NCBI GenBank assembly: GCA_003559395.1
Contig: PWLL01000069.1
Location: 1 to 5,314, forward strand
Source of the DNA: Candidatus Iainarchaeum sp.
GTDB lineage: Archaea; Iainarchaeota; Iainarchaeia; Iainarchaeales; CSSED10-239
Reading direction: 5' to 3'
Length of the DNA stretch: 5,314 nt
Shown: piece after piece, positions 4,345-5,314 of the stretch
Position numbering within the stretch: the stretch's first letter is position 1
Layout: each line of letters begins with the position of its first letter
Program-made: the position numbers and the translations under genes
The notes under the pieces: model-generated
Seen by the model: the letters and a program-made list of their open reading frames with translations, nothing else
What the model was told of the DNA's origin: nothing
Databases searched by the model: none

Positions 4345-5097
4345 ATGAGAAAAAAAATTTCAGAAAATCCATTGTATGATAGACTAAAAAGAACTAATAA
4401 ATCAAAGATAAAAACACCAGCACTTAAGTTTAAAATAAGCAAAATAGGAAATGTTGGGCTAGTTACAAGCCCAAAAGCAAGAATCATTATTAAAAAACAG
4501 CCAAACTTAATACCAGAGTTTTTAAGATTTATAAAACAAAGTAAAACAACAATGAAAACAAGTTCTTTTTTATTTAGAAGATTAGAACAAAAATCATTTT
4601 TAATAATTGTTGAAAATACAAAGTTTATTGTTCAAAAAATAACAAAACCAAAAGATCAAATAACTCCTCAAAAATGGGCTTCTCATGCATTTAATTCTGC
4701 AGTAATTGTTGAAGCTTTAAAAAAACAAGGAATAAATACTGTACCACTACATTTTGCGTTTACAAATCTTAAAAAGAAAGAAAGTTTTCTTGCTTATGAA
4801 CACCTGAACCTAAAAAACATAAAGCAAGCAAGAGAAGAAAAGATTATTACAGAAAAAGAACATGCAGAATTTAAAGAAAACATGTTACAGATATATACTA
4901 CTTATAGAGACAAAATAAAAACAAAAGAACTAAATATTGGTTTAAGAAAAGAAAAATTGTCTTTTTTCTTTCTCTTAGAAGAAGAAGTATTAGTTGATCC
5001 AAAAACAAAAAAATTATATGTTAATCCAACAACAGAAACACGAGAAAATCTTCAAAAAAAATTAGCTTCTGTAAGTGAGTTTGATGTGCTTCTTTAA
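4345..5097 (+). CDS. hypothetical protein (250 aa), very lysine-rich, with no confident family
   Basis: The open frame is 753 nt. GAGGG lies at 4332-4336, and CACTATATATAT (4316-4327) lies about 27 nt upstream of the ATG, so the mRNA is either leaderless or SD-led from an upstream TATA at 4286-4294. The central segment (IVQKITKP...AVIVEALKKQGINTVP...SFLAYEHL) loosely recalls the N-lobe and hinge of RIO/Bud32/Kdo-type kinases, but I cannot see an HxD...N catalytic loop. Confidence 0.85.
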   Translation: MRKKISENPLYDRLKRTNKSKIKTPALKFKISKIGNVGLVTSPKARIIIKKQPNLIPEFLRFIKQSKTTMKTSSFLFRRLEQKSFLIIVENTKFIVQKITKPKDQITPQKWASHAFNSAVIVEALKKQGINTVPLHFAFTNLKKKESFLAYEHLNLKNIKQAREEKIITEKEHAEFKENMLQIYTTYRDKIKTKELNIGLRKEKLSFFFLLEEEVLVDPKTKKLYVNPTTETRENLQKKLASVSEFDVLL

Positions 5098-5244
5098 AAG
5101 AAAATTATGTGTTTTGTAAGATTTGTTGGACGTCAATCGTGGACACATAAACTCCACAAAACCTTAAAAATTTTAAAAACCCTAAAAACACAAATATTTA
5201 AATATCTTCTTTTTATAACATATATAGTAACTTGTTAGATATTT

Positions 5245-5314
5245 ATGGCACAACAGACAGGTTTGCAAAAACCAGAAAGTATAATTATACAAAAGATAGA
5301 AGAAAACATAAAAA
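5245..5314 (+). CDS. 5' end of a CDS running off the window (MAQQTGLQKPESIIIQKIEENIK...)
   Basis: The frame from the ATG at 5245 stays open to the window edge. TTTATAAC/CATATATA (5212-5226) lies about 26-30 nt upstream, which fits a leaderless transcript. It is too short in this window to assess the coding signal. Confidence 0.4.
   Translation, partial: MAQQTGLQKPESIIIQKIEENIK

Noticed and set aside
1912-5131. The two 13-nt direct repeats read as att-like ends of a 3.2-kb integrated element next to a tRNA
   Set aside because: The enclosed block carries the presumably essential RNase P RNA and two tRNA genes. It has no integrase, transposase or other mobility gene, and the repeat does not overlap a tRNA 3' end. 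I kept it only as an unexplained repeat.
5157-5188. Near-direct repeat AAAAACCTTAAAAA / AAAAACCCTAAAAA spaced 18 nt apart, the second copy containing the plant-telomere-like heptamer CCCTAAA
   Set aside because: It is a low-complexity A-rich sequence present in only two imperfect copies, so chance is a sufficient explanation in DNA of this composition. At most it is a weak candidate operator upstream of ORF 5245.
1-5314. Search for CRISPR arrays, IS elements or transposases, toxin-antitoxin pairs, and 23S or 5S rRNA
   Set aside because: There are no regularly spaced repeats, no terminal inverted repeats flanking an ORF, no recognisable nuclease, integrase or defence motifs in any of the four complete proteins, and no conserved LSU or 5S blocks.

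Overview
This is an archaeal window. The non-RNA parts are very AT-rich, and every feature I can support lies on the + strand. The diagnostic archaeal signals are an SSU rRNA with ATTCC...GATCC at the 5' end, AATTGGCGGGGG internally and GGATCACCTCCT at the 3' end, a tRNA-Tyr with a C1:G72 pair and a bulge-helix-bulge intron, and an RNase P RNA with no P13/P14/P18. The divergent 16S and the lysine-rich small proteins suggest a reduced DPANN-like genome, but that lineage call is inference only. The window is dominated by five stable-RNA genes. These are a complete 16S rRNA (184-1678) with a long-range processing stem, tRNA-Ala(UGC), tRNA-Ala(GGC), a miniaturised RNase P RNA of about 250 nt (about 3410-3660) hidden under two spurious ORFs, and an intron-containing tRNA-Tyr(GUA). 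No 23S or 5S gene follows the 16S-tRNA-Ala pair. Interleaved with the RNA genes are two small membrane proteins, two lysine-rich hypothetical proteins and the 5' end of a fifth CDS. The points most worth follow-up are the reduced RNase P RNA and the ORF that abuts it, changes at normally invariant 16S decoding-centre positions (A1405:U1496 covariation and an apparent U1054), the broken rRNA operon, and the tRNA/mRNA junction upstream of the second membrane protein. I found no CRISPR array, transposase or recognisable defence gene.
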